Shown here: one piece after another, positions 9,697 through 21,392 of the stretch
How positions within the stretch are numbered: the first letter of the stretch is position 1
Layout of the letters: each line of letters begins with the position of its first letter
Source: Nitrospirota bacterium
GTDB taxonomy: Bacteria > Nitrospirota > UBA9217
DNA: 64,000 nucleotides
NCBI GenBank assembly: GCA_029858565.1
Contig: JAOUEV010000003.1
Coordinates: 32,001 to 96,000 of the forward strand
Direction: 5' to 3'
Notes under the pieces: model-generated
Told to the model about the DNA's origin: nothing
Databases searched by the model: none
Seen by the model: the letters and a program-made list of their open reading frames with translations, nothing else
Position numbers and translations under genes: made by a program

Positions 9697-9775
9697 CGAC
9701 CAGTACCATCGGGACACGGACTGAACGCGCGATCGCACGCAGTTCACACCGTGGCTGCCGAATACCAAGCATACC

Positions 9776-9812
9776 GAAAACCTCGGAGAATCCCCCTCTT
9801 CGAGGTTTTTTT
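9776..9812 (+). terminator. Rho-independent terminator after csp
   Basis: aaaacctcgga...ttcgaggtttttt hairpin with U tract. Confidence 0.75.
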
Positions 9813-9857
9813 ATTTCGGGGAAAGGGACATCCGACCGGATGTCAGTTGATCTTGTC

Positions 9858-10196
9858 TCAACAGGGGAGATAATTGATGTCGTAGCCGTTCCTGCGGAAT
9901 GCCTGCCTGAGGTCTTTTCGCTGCTCCGGTGACATGGTTCCGTAGAGTTCCTTCACCTTCGTTCCCGATCGTTCCTCAGCGCATGTCGCGCGAAAGAGCC
10001 TGTCCCGTGTTTCCTGCGGCAATTTCGTGTCGTTCAGTATCCTGGCCATATCCCCGGACTTGCAGAACATCTCAAACGCCGCGTCGGAACCGCTTCCGAT
10101 ATGGTATCCTTTCCCGTCCTTGCTGGCCAGAAAGGTCGACGAGCACCCGACAAGGCCGAGCAGGGCAGCGATCATCCAGGTAATACCTGTTCTCAT
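9858..10196 (-). CDS. Hypothetical lipoprotein with extra cysteines
   Basis: Lipobox LVGC; further Cys in MFCK, ATCA and C-terminal YLPC; start overlaps the stop of the TlpA gene. Confidence 0.75.
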   Translation of the reverse strand: MRTGITWMIAALLGLVGCSSTFLASKDGKGYHIGSGSDAAFEMFCKSGDMARILNDTKLPQETRDRLFRATCAEERSGTKVKELYGTMSPEQRKDLRQAFRRNGYDINYLPC

Positions 10197-10717
10197 CGTG
10201 TTTTCTCCTTTCCGTCGAGCAGGCCGGCTATCCGTGCCCGCACCGCGGCGTCGTCCCAGTTGATCTCACCAACGAGCCTCTCCGCTATGACGCCGTTGCG
10301 GTCGATAAGGAAGGCCGCGGGAAGGGCCGTGACCGCATAGAGATCGAAAGACACCTCTTTCTCGACATCGACGAGAACGGGAACGGTGACTCCTTTCTTC
10401 TCGATAAAATCCCTGACCTTCTTCGGGTATTCATCAACGGAGATCGCGATAACGGAAAATCCTTTTTCCCGAAAGGTCGTGTGCATGCGGCCCAGTGCCG
10501 GCAGTTCCGCGACACAGGACGGACACCAGGTGGCCCAGAAGACAACGAGTACCACTCCGCCCCGATAATCCGCAAGGGACCGGCGTTTTCCCTCAAGGTC
10601 GGAAAGGGCGAAGAGCGGCGCTTCCTTTCCCGCGACGGGAACCTGCGCCATTGCCGGGACCGGAAGTACACCTGCGAGCAGGAGGACGAGGACGACTAGG
10701 GTGAGTGCTTTGTTCAT
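10193..10717 (-). CDS. TlpA/ResA-like thiol-disulfide oxidoreductase
   Basis: Signal peptide; FWATWCPSCVAELP; cis-Pro loop ALPAAFLID. Confidence 0.92.
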   Translation of the reverse strand: MNKALTLVVLVLLLAGVLPVPAMAQVPVAGKEAPLFALSDLEGKRRSLADYRGGVVLVVFWATWCPSCVAELPALGRMHTTFREKGFSVIAISVDEYPKKVRDFIEKKGVTVPVLVDVEKEVSFDLYAVTALPAAFLIDRNGVIAERLVGEINWDDAAVRARIAGLLDGKEKTR

Positions 10718-10765
10718 GGTAAAGAAAAGCGGGGAGGGGGCATCCCCTCCCCGCGTGAGAGACGA

Positions 10766-12253
10766 TTAGAAACGAACGTTGAAGGTAAGGTATACATCCG
10801 TGGCTTTTTCCAGCGGAGCATACATTTGCGTGGCCATGACATCGGTCATGGACGTCGGGTTCGAGGTCAGGTCGGAGATCTTTTTCGGTTCTCCGAGCCA
10901 GCTGTTGCTGCCTGTGTACTCGAACTTGTAGAGCTGATAGCCGAGGCGGAAGAAGGCGCTGCCTTTTTTCGCTACCGGGGCCTGGTTCAGCTCCTGGATC
11001 ACATAGATCTCGTAGACCTGGCCGCGGGTGCCGACCTTGCTCGCGATCATATCGTCCGAAGCCGGTGCAAAAGCGATCCAGTTCTTCGAGCCCTGGTTGT
11101 ACTCCAATCCGATCTTGGTGCGGGTCTTGGTGATGTCATACCGCGCGCCGACAAAGATCGCAGAGCCGGTCTTGCTTTCAACCGCGGCGCCGCCATCGTA
11201 CAGCAGACCGAACCGCGCCATCTGCGGAGCGCCGCCCATGTCATAGAACGGAGCATCATATCCATTGTCATTCGGGCTGGTTTTGCTCACTGCGCCCGAC
11301 AGGAACCAGTTCAGTGCATTGCCGCCGCCCGCATTATCGACTTTGCCGACCAGCAGCACACCGTACTGCTCGATGTCGCCGAGGTTTGACTGTACCGGGC
11401 CGAAAGCGTCGATCGGCGGGTTGGACATCATGTTGAAGGCTTTGTCGTACTGGAATTCCACATGGAGTGCCGTTGTGTCGTAGGGAACGACGTTCACGCC
11501 GACCATATCGACGTCCTTGAGATAGGTCGGATTGTTGATGGACTTGTAACCGCTCTCATAACCGCGGCCGTAGCAGACCTTTGCGAATGCGCCGGGAAGA
11601 GCTTCGATGTCCGGAGCATAGCCGACCGTCATGCCGTCAAAGGCGTAATCGATCAGGAAGGAGGGGACGCCTGCTGTGCCGCTCTTCTCCGAGTTCGCCT
11701 TGAGGTTCGACGGGGTGCCGCCGGTCGAAGGACGACGACCGACCGAGAACCATGCCGGCAGGCCGCCGACATTGCTCCAGGTCGCGTAGGCGTAGTCCAC
11801 GCGGAGCGCGTTGTCCTCGGGAACATGGCTGGTATTGCCGTCAAAAACACCCGACTTCTCGGGCGAGAAGAACGGGGAGGTGACTGCCGACGAATCGCCG
11901 CTGCCCCAGACCTTGTACATGTCGAACTTCGCCTTCACCGTGACGTCTTCGGTCGCTTTTGCTTTCAAGTGGAGGCCGAACTTGTTGGTCATGAGCGAGT
12001 TGTTCTTCACCTCGTAGCCCGGAACGCCCATGGTGTAGATGTTCATATCCGGATATCCTGCGCCCATGGGATTCGGGAAGGTCATAAAGCTCTGCCCTCC
12101 CGTGTACTGCATGTACTCGTGGACCGTGCCCTTGAGTGCATCATAGCGGAACTGGTACTCACCGCCAAGCTCGAGCCATGATGCTTCTTCTGCAACCGCG
12201 ATCCCCGCGGTCAACAGCGCCATAGCGGTAATGACAAACAGAACCTTCTTCAT
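10766..12253 (-). CDS. DUF3373-like outer-membrane beta-barrel protein
   Basis: Signal peptide MKKVLF...AVA; alternating beta strands; SVGRRPSTGG motif; terminal FNVRF; strong RBS AAGGAGG. Confidence 0.8.
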   Translation of the reverse strand: MKKVLFVITAMALLTAGIAVAEEASWLELGGEYQFRYDALKGTVHEYMQYTGGQSFMTFPNPMGAGYPDMNIYTMGVPGYEVKNNSLMTNKFGLHLKAKATEDVTVKAKFDMYKVWGSGDSSAVTSPFFSPEKSGVFDGNTSHVPEDNALRVDYAYATWSNVGGLPAWFSVGRRPSTGGTPSNLKANSEKSGTAGVPSFLIDYAFDGMTVGYAPDIEALPGAFAKVCYGRGYESGYKSINNPTYLKDVDMVGVNVVPYDTTALHVEFQYDKAFNMMSNPPIDAFGPVQSNLGDIEQYGVLLVGKVDNAGGGNALNWFLSGAVSKTSPNDNGYDAPFYDMGGAPQMARFGLLYDGGAAVESKTGSAIFVGARYDITKTRTKIGLEYNQGSKNWIAFAPASDDMIASKVGTRGQVYEIYVIQELNQAPVAKKGSAFFRLGYQLYKFEYTGSNSWLGEPKKISDLTSNPTSMTDVMATQMYAPLEKATDVYLTFNVRF

Positions 12254-12501
12254 GAAAAATACCTCCTTAGGATTTGTGGTATTGCAGGGCAAACTGATAC
12301 GCATGTGAGAAGCGCTCCCACCTCCCTTCGGCCATGGAGTTCCTGAAAACCGGATGCGGTTTCAGTAATTATAGGTTGTTAGGCTTGAAATTGGGCGCAT
12401 CTTACTGCACAGAGCCAATTTTCGCGCCCCAACCTATGGTTAAACAGTTTCTAATAACTGCAACTTTAAGCCCAAAAAAAAACGAGCTGTTTGCTCGTTT
12501 T

Positions 12502-12831
12502 CTATTCACCCACTGTTTTTTTCCTGGACATATGCTGCTCAAAAAGGACTTCCTTCATGAGAGCGCAGGCCTCAATGACCTTGGGATTGGCAACGCGGTA
12601 GTAGATGTTTACACCGTCCCGTCGCGTGGCAAGGATGCCTTTATGTCGCATGACCGCAAGATGCTGTGAAACATTGGCCTTTGACGCTCCCAAGACATTG
12701 ACAAGTTCGGTCACCGTTTTCTCCTCATTCTTGAGGGTATTCAGGATCTCGATGCGCTTGGGATTGGTCAGGGTCTTACAAATCTCGGCCTGCATCTCAT
12801 AGAGAGATTTGTCCGTAATCACCACTTTCAT
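12502..12831 (-). CDS. ArsR/SmtB family transcriptional regulator
   Basis: KTLTNPKRIEIL, VTEL...NVSQHLAVMR..GIL..RRDG..IYY; two Cys. Confidence 0.93.
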   Translation of the reverse strand: MKVVITDKSLYEMQAEICKTLTNPKRIEILNTLKNEEKTVTELVNVLGASKANVSQHLAVMRHKGILATRRDGVNIYYRVANPKVIEACALMKEVLFEQHMSRKKTVGE

Positions 12832-12864
12832 GGCTCCTTTTTAACTTATTGCAACGATGTTTGT

Positions 12865-12880
12865 CAAGTTATAAAACTTG
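12865..12880. promoter_or_regulatory. Palindrome upstream of arsR (candidate operator)
   Basis: CAAGTT-ATAA-AACTTG. Confidence 0.5.
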
Positions 12881-13107
12881 TAAACAATGCCTAAGTAGAT
12901 TAATAACAGCTGTTTTGTTGCGCCCTGTGGCTCACTAGAACTGCACTATTATACACTATTCTGAACCTACTGTTTCAACAAGTAGATGGTGAAAGGGGAC
13001 GCACAGTTTCGGCAGTGGATTTTACCGACGCTCTGCATCTACCGATGCAACCTGCCCTGCGGCATGTGTGTTCAAGCACTGCAGGGTTCAGCAAAAACAC
13101 ATTTCCC

Positions 13108-13136
13108 TTGAATTTACATGCTAAAGTGATTAACAT
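13108..13136 (+). promoter_or_regulatory. Sigma70-type promoter for secA
   Basis: TTGAAT-17 bp-TAACAT. Confidence 0.45.
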
Positions 13137-13167
13137 TGTAAAATTTTTCAATTGGGACGGAGCATAC

Positions 13168-15840
<2,673 letters not shown>

Positions 15841-15877
15841 TATTGAACTGATTGTAAATAAAGGTGAGTATAGAAGG

Positions 15878-15912
15878 AAAGGGTTTAGAGAATGATCTCT
15901 AAACCCTTTTTT
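15878..15912. terminator. Probably bidirectional terminator between secA and the cassette array
   Basis: aaagggtttagaga-atga-tctctaaaccctttttt. Confidence 0.85.
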
Positions 15913-16011
15913 ATTAGGCTGTATCGATCACCGTGCGGAATGCAAATAACACCTACAAGTGTGCAATATCAGTCGACTTACAATATCATCAGATACTGAT
16001 TGAAATTTGCA

Positions 16012-16071
16012 GATGAACGCACGGGTGAGACTCGCGTTTCTTGCGCATCAGATTTGATCCGCAGGTTGGGC
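16012..16071 (-). mobile_element. attC-like recombination site 1
   Basis: Minus strand GCCCAAC (R'', exact RYYYAAC)...CGTTCATC (R'); 60 bp imperfect palindrome right after a TAA stop. Confidence 0.65.
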
Positions 16072-16212
16072 GCTTATTCAGTGCGGATTTTTCTCTTATT
16101 TGTCGCTACTACAAGAAACAGAGATATGCCCAATGATAGTAATATATAGCCCATGGAGCAAAAACGCTGAAAAAACCAGTCCGTACTTGTTCAATCTGCT
16201 CTTGTACCCGTA

Positions 16213-17904
16213 CTACTTGGCTAGCTTAATTAACAGCTCAGTCTCGCTTTCTGCCTTAAATTGCTTTTGTGACAAGTCAAGCCCTGATTTTTTAAAAATT
16301 GCAGTGCACTTGTTAAACAATGCTATACATTTGTTTTCATCGTTTAGTTCAGCAATAAACAAATCACAAAGGCTTTCGATTTTATTACTATTAAAAGGCG
16401 GCAAGTCCCTTCCAATAGACACTAGCCGTGCTAGCATCAACAGATGAAATCTTACTTTCTTAAATTCAGGATCAACAGAACCAGTTCTAAAATGTCCTTC
16501 TAGTTTATTAAAACATAAGGCGCTTGCGTAATATGGTGAATACTTGTGATCTGAACCAAATATTTTCCCCTTAAAGCTTTTGGCAATAGTTCCATAGTAA
16601 CCGCTAACGGCATGAGGAACACCAAGGAATACCGAGGCAAAAGACTTGATTTGAACGGGAATAGATATTATCTGAGTTTTTTTAATTCCGACTGCAGAAT
16701 GATACTGCTGTGATCGTCTTTCATAATACAATCGGCCCTCTCCCTTAATGGCATTGTAATATTGTTCTAACTTTTTCTGAAATTGTGTTAAGGCTTCAAG
16801 TTGTTCGGGTTTGACCTCTGTTTGACTGTTTGTTGCAAGCGTGATTTCATTTTTTATTTCTTCATCTTCCGTGACAACTATTTTTACCGGGACATTCACG
16901 CCGTTGATACCGTTAATATTTCTGCACTCATGCAATACATTGCTAGTCTGGCAACCGTTAACTACTTGATAGTCACGTAATGTGAACCTATTACCTGCTG
17001 GCGTTACAGACGAGGCAACTATTGTTATGCCGTTATTTAATACCGAGAAAATATCAAATTTGCCTGATTGGAGTGTTTCTTTGATTTTTCTATTCACGTC
17101 ATTATCGCCTTGGAAGTCTCTAACGTTGTCATCGAATATGCTATAAATTGTCTGATTTTCATCCTGCACAAGACTGATAAATTCAAGATAGGGAAGGATG
17201 CCAAGATAAGCTTCTTTTACTCCAGCAATATCTGGTAAAGTTATTCTGTTTTGGAAAGTAATTGTTGCTGACAACTTGTTGCGTGTTTCATGGTATAGCT
17301 TCTGTATTTCATTTGCACCTAAGGGGAAAAAAGAAACTTCATTAAAAAGCTCGCTATCGTCAACTTCTTTCTTCCCACCATTTACTATGGCTTTTAAATT
17401 CTGATCATTAGTCCACTTACCAGTTGTCACGTAAAATAACTTACAGTTAGGACGTCTATTGACCATATAAGCAGATTTGGCAATAATATGCTCCCAGATT
17501 TCTTTAAATGACTTCAATCTAGAATTATGAACAAGCTTTGATTGATCAGAAAGAAAATCTTTTACACCGAATACGAAGCTTCCGATTTCTGACCCTTCGA
17601 AACTAGAAGATGTCTTGGATTGTATAAAAACAATATCGCAGTCCAAGTATCCGCTTTCTGCGACAACATCATCCAACTCATCTATCTCAGTTACGAGTTT
17701 TCCATTCACGATTATCGCTAAGCCATCTATAGCAGCATCTCCTCCGCCCCCGGTAAATACGGAATCCAATTCGAAGGTTGTCCTATGCAACTTAGAAATA
17801 ACGGAAAAATTGACGAAGTTCTCGAACTGTTTGTCCTCGGCAAGCTTAACTAACTCATTATCGATCGAAAATGAGTCTAGCAGCGATCTTGTAATTTTGT
17901 CCAT
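16213..17904 (-). CDS. AIPR-family (abortive infection phage resistance) protein
   Basis: GGGDAAIDG, FIQSKTS, IFDDNVRDFQG, LNNGITIV, QVVNGCQTSNVL, ATNSQT; low GC; RBS AAGGAAGG. Confidence 0.88.
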   Translation of the reverse strand: MDKITRSLLDSFSIDNELVKLAEDKQFENFVNFSVISKLHRTTFELDSVFTGGGGDAAIDGLAIIVNGKLVTEIDELDDVVAESGYLDCDIVFIQSKTSSSFEGSEIGSFVFGVKDFLSDQSKLVHNSRLKSFKEIWEHIIAKSAYMVNRRPNCKLFYVTTGKWTNDQNLKAIVNGGKKEVDDSELFNEVSFFPLGANEIQKLYHETRNKLSATITFQNRITLPDIAGVKEAYLGILPYLEFISLVQDENQTIYSIFDDNVRDFQGDNDVNRKIKETLQSGKFDIFSVLNNGITIVASSVTPAGNRFTLRDYQVVNGCQTSNVLHECRNINGINGVNVPVKIVVTEDEEIKNEITLATNSQTEVKPEQLEALTQFQKKLEQYYNAIKGEGRLYYERRSQQYHSAVGIKKTQIISIPVQIKSFASVFLGVPHAVSGYYGTIAKSFKGKIFGSDHKYSPYYASALCFNKLEGHFRTGSVDPEFKKVRFHLLMLARLVSIGRDLPPFNSNKIESLCDLFIAELNDENKCIALFNKCTAIFKKSGLDLSQKQFKAESETELLIKLAK

Positions 17905-17923
17905 TTTGGTTCCTTCCTTTATT

Positions 17924-17975
17924 AAATAACGCGGATTTCACACGCCGCGTAGCGCGTCGGCGTGGAACGACTTGT
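17924..17975 (-). mobile_element. attC site 2, main part (split by the intron; remainder at 19913-19917)
   Basis: With the intron removed the minus strand reads TTCCAACAAGTCGTTCCACGCCGACGCGCTACGCGGCGTGTGAAATCCGCGTTATTT (57 bp). Confidence 0.8.
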
Positions 17976-19912
17976 GTACGCCCGGCACGGGCGTGAACTA
18001 ATGGGGTGCAAGTCCCCTGTACGAGAACCACAGTAGCACAAGTACCAGCCCAAGGCAAGGGCGGAAGGGCGACCGACCGTCCGAAGGAAGCCTACGGCAA
18101 ACGTGCGAGCCGACGAACAGAAACCGCATATAAGGCTCAGTCCCCGGGCGAGTCAGCACTACATGACGAAGCCCGCCGGTTCAGGGGATAGGGTAAATGC
18201 GGCGGTTGTGCACGGACAGTTCACGTTCTTATCCGGGGAGATCTGCACGCCATGCGATAGGACCGTCATGAGAGATTCCGGATCGGGCCAACCGGTATAA
18301 GGCCCCGGCGTATCAACGGCTGTCGCTTGATACGAGTCCCTCGGGAAACACGAAACAGACAGCATCTCATGATGATTCCCTATAGCGCCGTCTCTGGAAA
18401 CAGAGGCGGTGTGCGCGCAGAAGTCAGCAGACGGCATAGTACCCGGAATCCGCTCCGGGGAAGGCCAGAACGCGGAAAGGAGGAACGGCAGTCCATAAGC
18501 TTCGGCACGGTGATGAGTTCGTCAGGATGAGCCGCGTCCGGGCGCGTTGTGGAACAAAGCCCCCTCAAATGACCACAGTGGAACAAGTAGTAAGCAGTGA
18601 GAACATGAAGCTCGCATGGCAACAGGTCAGGACGAACGCAGGAGCAGCCGGCATCGACGATATGTCGATTACGGACTATCCCGTCTTCGCCCGAGCCAAC
18701 TGGGCGCGGATCAAAGACTCTTTGCTGGACGGGACCTATGTTCCCGCTCCGGTCAAAAGGGTCGAAATCCCCAAAGACAACGGGGGAACCAGGCCACTCG
18801 GTATCCCCACGGTCTCCGATCGCGTGATCCAGCAGGCGATCACCCAGATACTCGTCCCCGTTTTCGATCCTCAGTTCTCGGAGTCGAGCTATGGATTCAG
18901 GCCAGGCCGTTCGGCGCACCAGGCGGTAAAGAAGGTGGTTGAGTCGATCAACCAAGGATACCATTACGCCGTGGACATCGACCTTGCCAAGTTCTTCGAC
19001 ACGGTCGATCACGATGTGCTGATGCAGAGAGTCAGCCGTCGGGTAACGGACAAAGGCATTCTGAAGTTGATCGGCAAGTACCTTCGGGCCGGGGTGGTCG
19101 TAAACGGAAGGCTGAACCAGACATCCAAAGGAGTGCCGCAGGGCGGGCCGTTATCACCGCTCTTGAGTAATATCCTTTTGGACGATCTCGACAAAGAACT
19201 GGAGAAGCGAGGGCATCGGTTCTGCCGATACGCCGACGACCTCATCGTTCTGGTGAAGTCCAAGCGCAGCGGAGAGCGCGTGATGGAGAGCATCAGCCGG
19301 TTCCTTGAAAAGAAGCTCAAGGTGCAGGTCAACCGAGACAAGAGTCGAGTGGTGCGGTCCGAGAAGAGCACCTTTCTCGGGTTCACATTCACCGGCAGGA
19401 GACTGACGGTCTCGGAAAAGTCCCTCACGCGCTGCAAGAACGAGCTGCGCCGCCTTACGTGGCGCAGTTGGGGCGTTGCCATGGAATACCGGTACCGGAA
19501 AATCCGCACCTACGTGCAGGGGTGGATGAACTATTTCGGTATCGGGATGAGGTACAAGACCGCCAACGAGTGGGATCAATGGTTCCGCCGCCGCGTTCGG
19601 ATGTGCTACTGGAAACAGTGGCGCAAGACGAGGACGCGGGTCAGGGAAATGATGAAACTCGGGGTCGGTGAGCGGCACGCGGTCAAGGCCGGGATGAGCA
19701 GGAAAGCGTACTGGCATCTTGCGAAGACCGAGGCCTTGAACGTGGCATTGTCCAATCGCTATCTCAAAGAGCAGGGACTCACGTCGCTACGAACACTGTG
19801 GATCAAGATACACCACCCGGCCACGGCCCGGTGATTTCCGCGAACCGCCTAGTGCGTACCCGCATGCTAGGTGGTGTGGGGGCTGGGGGAGAGAATCCCC
19901 CGGCTACCCGAT
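17976..19912 (+). mobile_element. Group IIC intron (attC-targeting type), apparently full length
   Basis: 5' end GTACGCCCGGCACGGGCG after exon ...TTGT; domain V GAACCGCC...GTGGTGTGGGGG with CGC triad; domain VI ending CTACCCGAT; 3' exon starts with T; antisense to the cassettes. Confidence 0.93.
18569..19834 (+). CDS. ltrA: Group II intron reverse transcriptase/maturase with no endonuclease domain
   Basis: RPLGIPTVSDRVIQQA, SYGFRPGRSAHQA, GVPQGGPLSPLLSNI, RYADD, GWMNYF; alternative start 18527. Confidence 0.96.
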   Translation: MTTVEQVVSSENMKLAWQQVRTNAGAAGIDDMSITDYPVFARANWARIKDSLLDGTYVPAPVKRVEIPKDNGGTRPLGIPTVSDRVIQQAITQILVPVFDPQFSESSYGFRPGRSAHQAVKKVVESINQGYHYAVDIDLAKFFDTVDHDVLMQRVSRRVTDKGILKLIGKYLRAGVVVNGRLNQTSKGVPQGGPLSPLLSNILLDDLDKELEKRGHRFCRYADDLIVLVKSKRSGERVMESISRFLEKKLKVQVNRDKSRVVRSEKSTFLGFTFTGRRLTVSEKSLTRCKNELRRLTWRSWGVAMEYRYRKIRTYVQGWMNYFGIGMRYKTANEWDQWFRRRVRMCYWKQWRKTRTRVREMMKLGVGERHAVKAGMSRKAYWHLAKTEALNVALSNRYLKEQGLTSLRTLWIKIHHPATAR

Positions 19913-19927
19913 TGGAATTCTGCATTA

Positions 19928-20482
19928 TCAAGAGAAAGCAAAATTACCCATTGTTTGGCGAGTGACATTTGTAGTCACATTAATAAACAGATCCACATGA
20001 GTCGAATCTACATTTGGCTCGAGTAACTGTTCGGTTCTAACTGCAACAGCAGTTACCAAGTTGTCGTCTTCCAACAAGCAAAAAAATGGATTTTCATCCG
20101 TAGTCGGGCTTGACTCTCGTGGTAGGGCATTTTCATGCCGCGGCATTGTTAAAGCGTCAAATAGGGTCTTTAGTCTATTATCAATATCTCCACCCTGCGT
20201 AATTAAATGCCCCGGTGATTCAGGTCGCAGAAGTGTTATGGAAAGCTCAGCAACAACGTTCATTTCATTTGTAATAAGAGGCGCAAAGATAAAAGAACCT
20301 AGTGGACGAAGCAGGGAATACTCACCTGTTCTCCTTTCACCAAGCAATCCTGGTTGATCAGAAAGAGGTGCTTGTTTCCACAGCGTTGCAAGCTGTTGAT
20401 GGAAATGCCTACGCAGATCGTGCTTGTGATCTGGCTTGCCATTTGCGTTCAACTTACCACGATAGTGCAGTACAAGTTTCAT
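19928..20482 (-). CDS. Hypothetical protein with RusA-like nuclease motifs
   Basis: GGDIDNRLKTLFDAL...LLEDDNLV matches DxDNxxKxxxDAL...DD; low GC; followed by attC 2. Confidence 0.6.
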   Translation of the reverse strand: MKLVLHYRGKLNANGKPDHKHDLRRHFHQQLATLWKQAPLSDQPGLLGERRTGEYSLLRPLGSFIFAPLITNEMNVVAELSITLLRPESPGHLITQGGDIDNRLKTLFDALTMPRHENALPRESSPTTDENPFFCLLEDDNLVTAVAVRTEQLLEPNVDSTHVDLFINVTTNVTRQTMGNFAFS

Positions 20483-20493
20483 TGTTTATTTCT

Positions 20494-20555
20494 CTCAAAC
20501 AAAATCGCCTGACGCGGTTCGGGCAATGCACTGATGCTGTGTTTGCTGGTAACTT
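20494..20555 (-). mobile_element. Degenerate attC-like site 3
   Basis: Directly after the stop of 20555-21310; shares ACCAGC...CGCGTCAGGCG with site 4; ends GTTTGAG. Confidence 0.45.
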
Positions 20556-21310
20556 TATATGCCATGCATAATTCTTGACCAGTCAATGGCTTTGCCCTGA
20601 TCACGATAGCTATATCCTGTACCCGTGTATCCGCAGTCTTCACGTTGAATTACATCATGGAGCTGATGTAGAAGTTCCACATGAGCTTTGTAGAACTTGT
20701 CAAAATCTCTGTCATCTAAGATTACCGGGCATGGCTTAGTCTGGTCAGCTTTCCATTCAACATAGTCTTTATGCAGATCAAACTTTCCGCGTATCGGAAG
20801 TGCGGTGGTCTCGTATTTCGAATTGTACAATCCGTTGTTGTGAAGATAGCAATTCCGAAACCGTCTAACGTGGTCAACGTCTCTCCTGTTTTGATCTAAA
20901 CGTGCCAACATGCCCTGCGACCCGTATGTTGTTTTAGTCAGTCTGTCAAAAGCCCAGTCTAGCCGTGGCTTGTAATCGGGATTGCTGCCCTTTGCTTGAT
21001 GAATATTTCTAGACTCCAATAGCTCCCAGAAATCGGCAAGGACGCCTTCGAATATCGCTGCAATTGCAATAAGGCAACTGCGGACATGGTAGTATGGGAA
21101 AGTACTTCTCATCACGGCCACTAGGGCAACGGGGTCATAAGCTCTACTCCAATCATTCGTCATTGGATGAAGAGGAGGCAATTTAGACACAAGGTCACTA
21201 TCTTTGGTGCAACTATAGGAGGCTGCGGCAAACGCAAAATAAGCCCAAACGCCATGAAGCGCATCATCCGCTCTTTCAAATAAAACTTGGGCATCTGGGT
21301 CGAAATCCAT
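20555..21310 (-). CDS. Putative HEPN-domain protein
   Basis: AIFEGVLAD helix plus RRFRNCYLHNNG (RxxxxH); RBS GAGGGTG. Confidence 0.6.
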   Translation of the reverse strand: MDFDPDAQVLFERADDALHGVWAYFAFAAASYSCTKDSDLVSKLPPLHPMTNDWSRAYDPVALVAVMRSTFPYYHVRSCLIAIAAIFEGVLADFWELLESRNIHQAKGSNPDYKPRLDWAFDRLTKTTYGSQGMLARLDQNRRDVDHVRRFRNCYLHNNGLYNSKYETTALPIRGKFDLHKDYVEWKADQTKPCPVILDDRDFDKFYKAHVELLHQLHDVIQREDCGYTGTGYSYRDQGKAIDWSRIMHGI

Positions 21311-21330
21311 ATCTCACCCTCATCAAAACG

Positions 21331-21389
21331 GACTAATACGCGCCTGACGCGCCGCCTTCAGTTCGTCGCCGTCGAGGCGCTGGTTGTGA
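21331..21389 (-). mobile_element. attC-like site 4 with GTT to ATT change in R'
   Basis: Minus strand TCACAACCAGCGCCTCGACGGCGACGAACTGAAGGCGGCGCGTCAGGCGCGTATTAGTC (59 bp). Confidence 0.65.
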
Positions 21390-21392
21390 TTA

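Noticed and set aside
12981-13042. Possible c-di-GMP-I riboswitch (GAAAGGGGACGCACAG inside a GTAGATG/CATCTAC stem)
   Set aside because: Lacks the GGCAAAC P1/P2 entry and a proper P2 stem, and lies upstream of the likely secA promoter; an Infernal search against the c-di-GMP-I model would settle it
18569-19834. RT as a retron, DGR or CRISPR-associated RT
   Set aside because: It has a maturase domain and is flanked by clear intron domain V/VI and a 5' boundary; no msr/msd, TR/VR pair or cas genes are present
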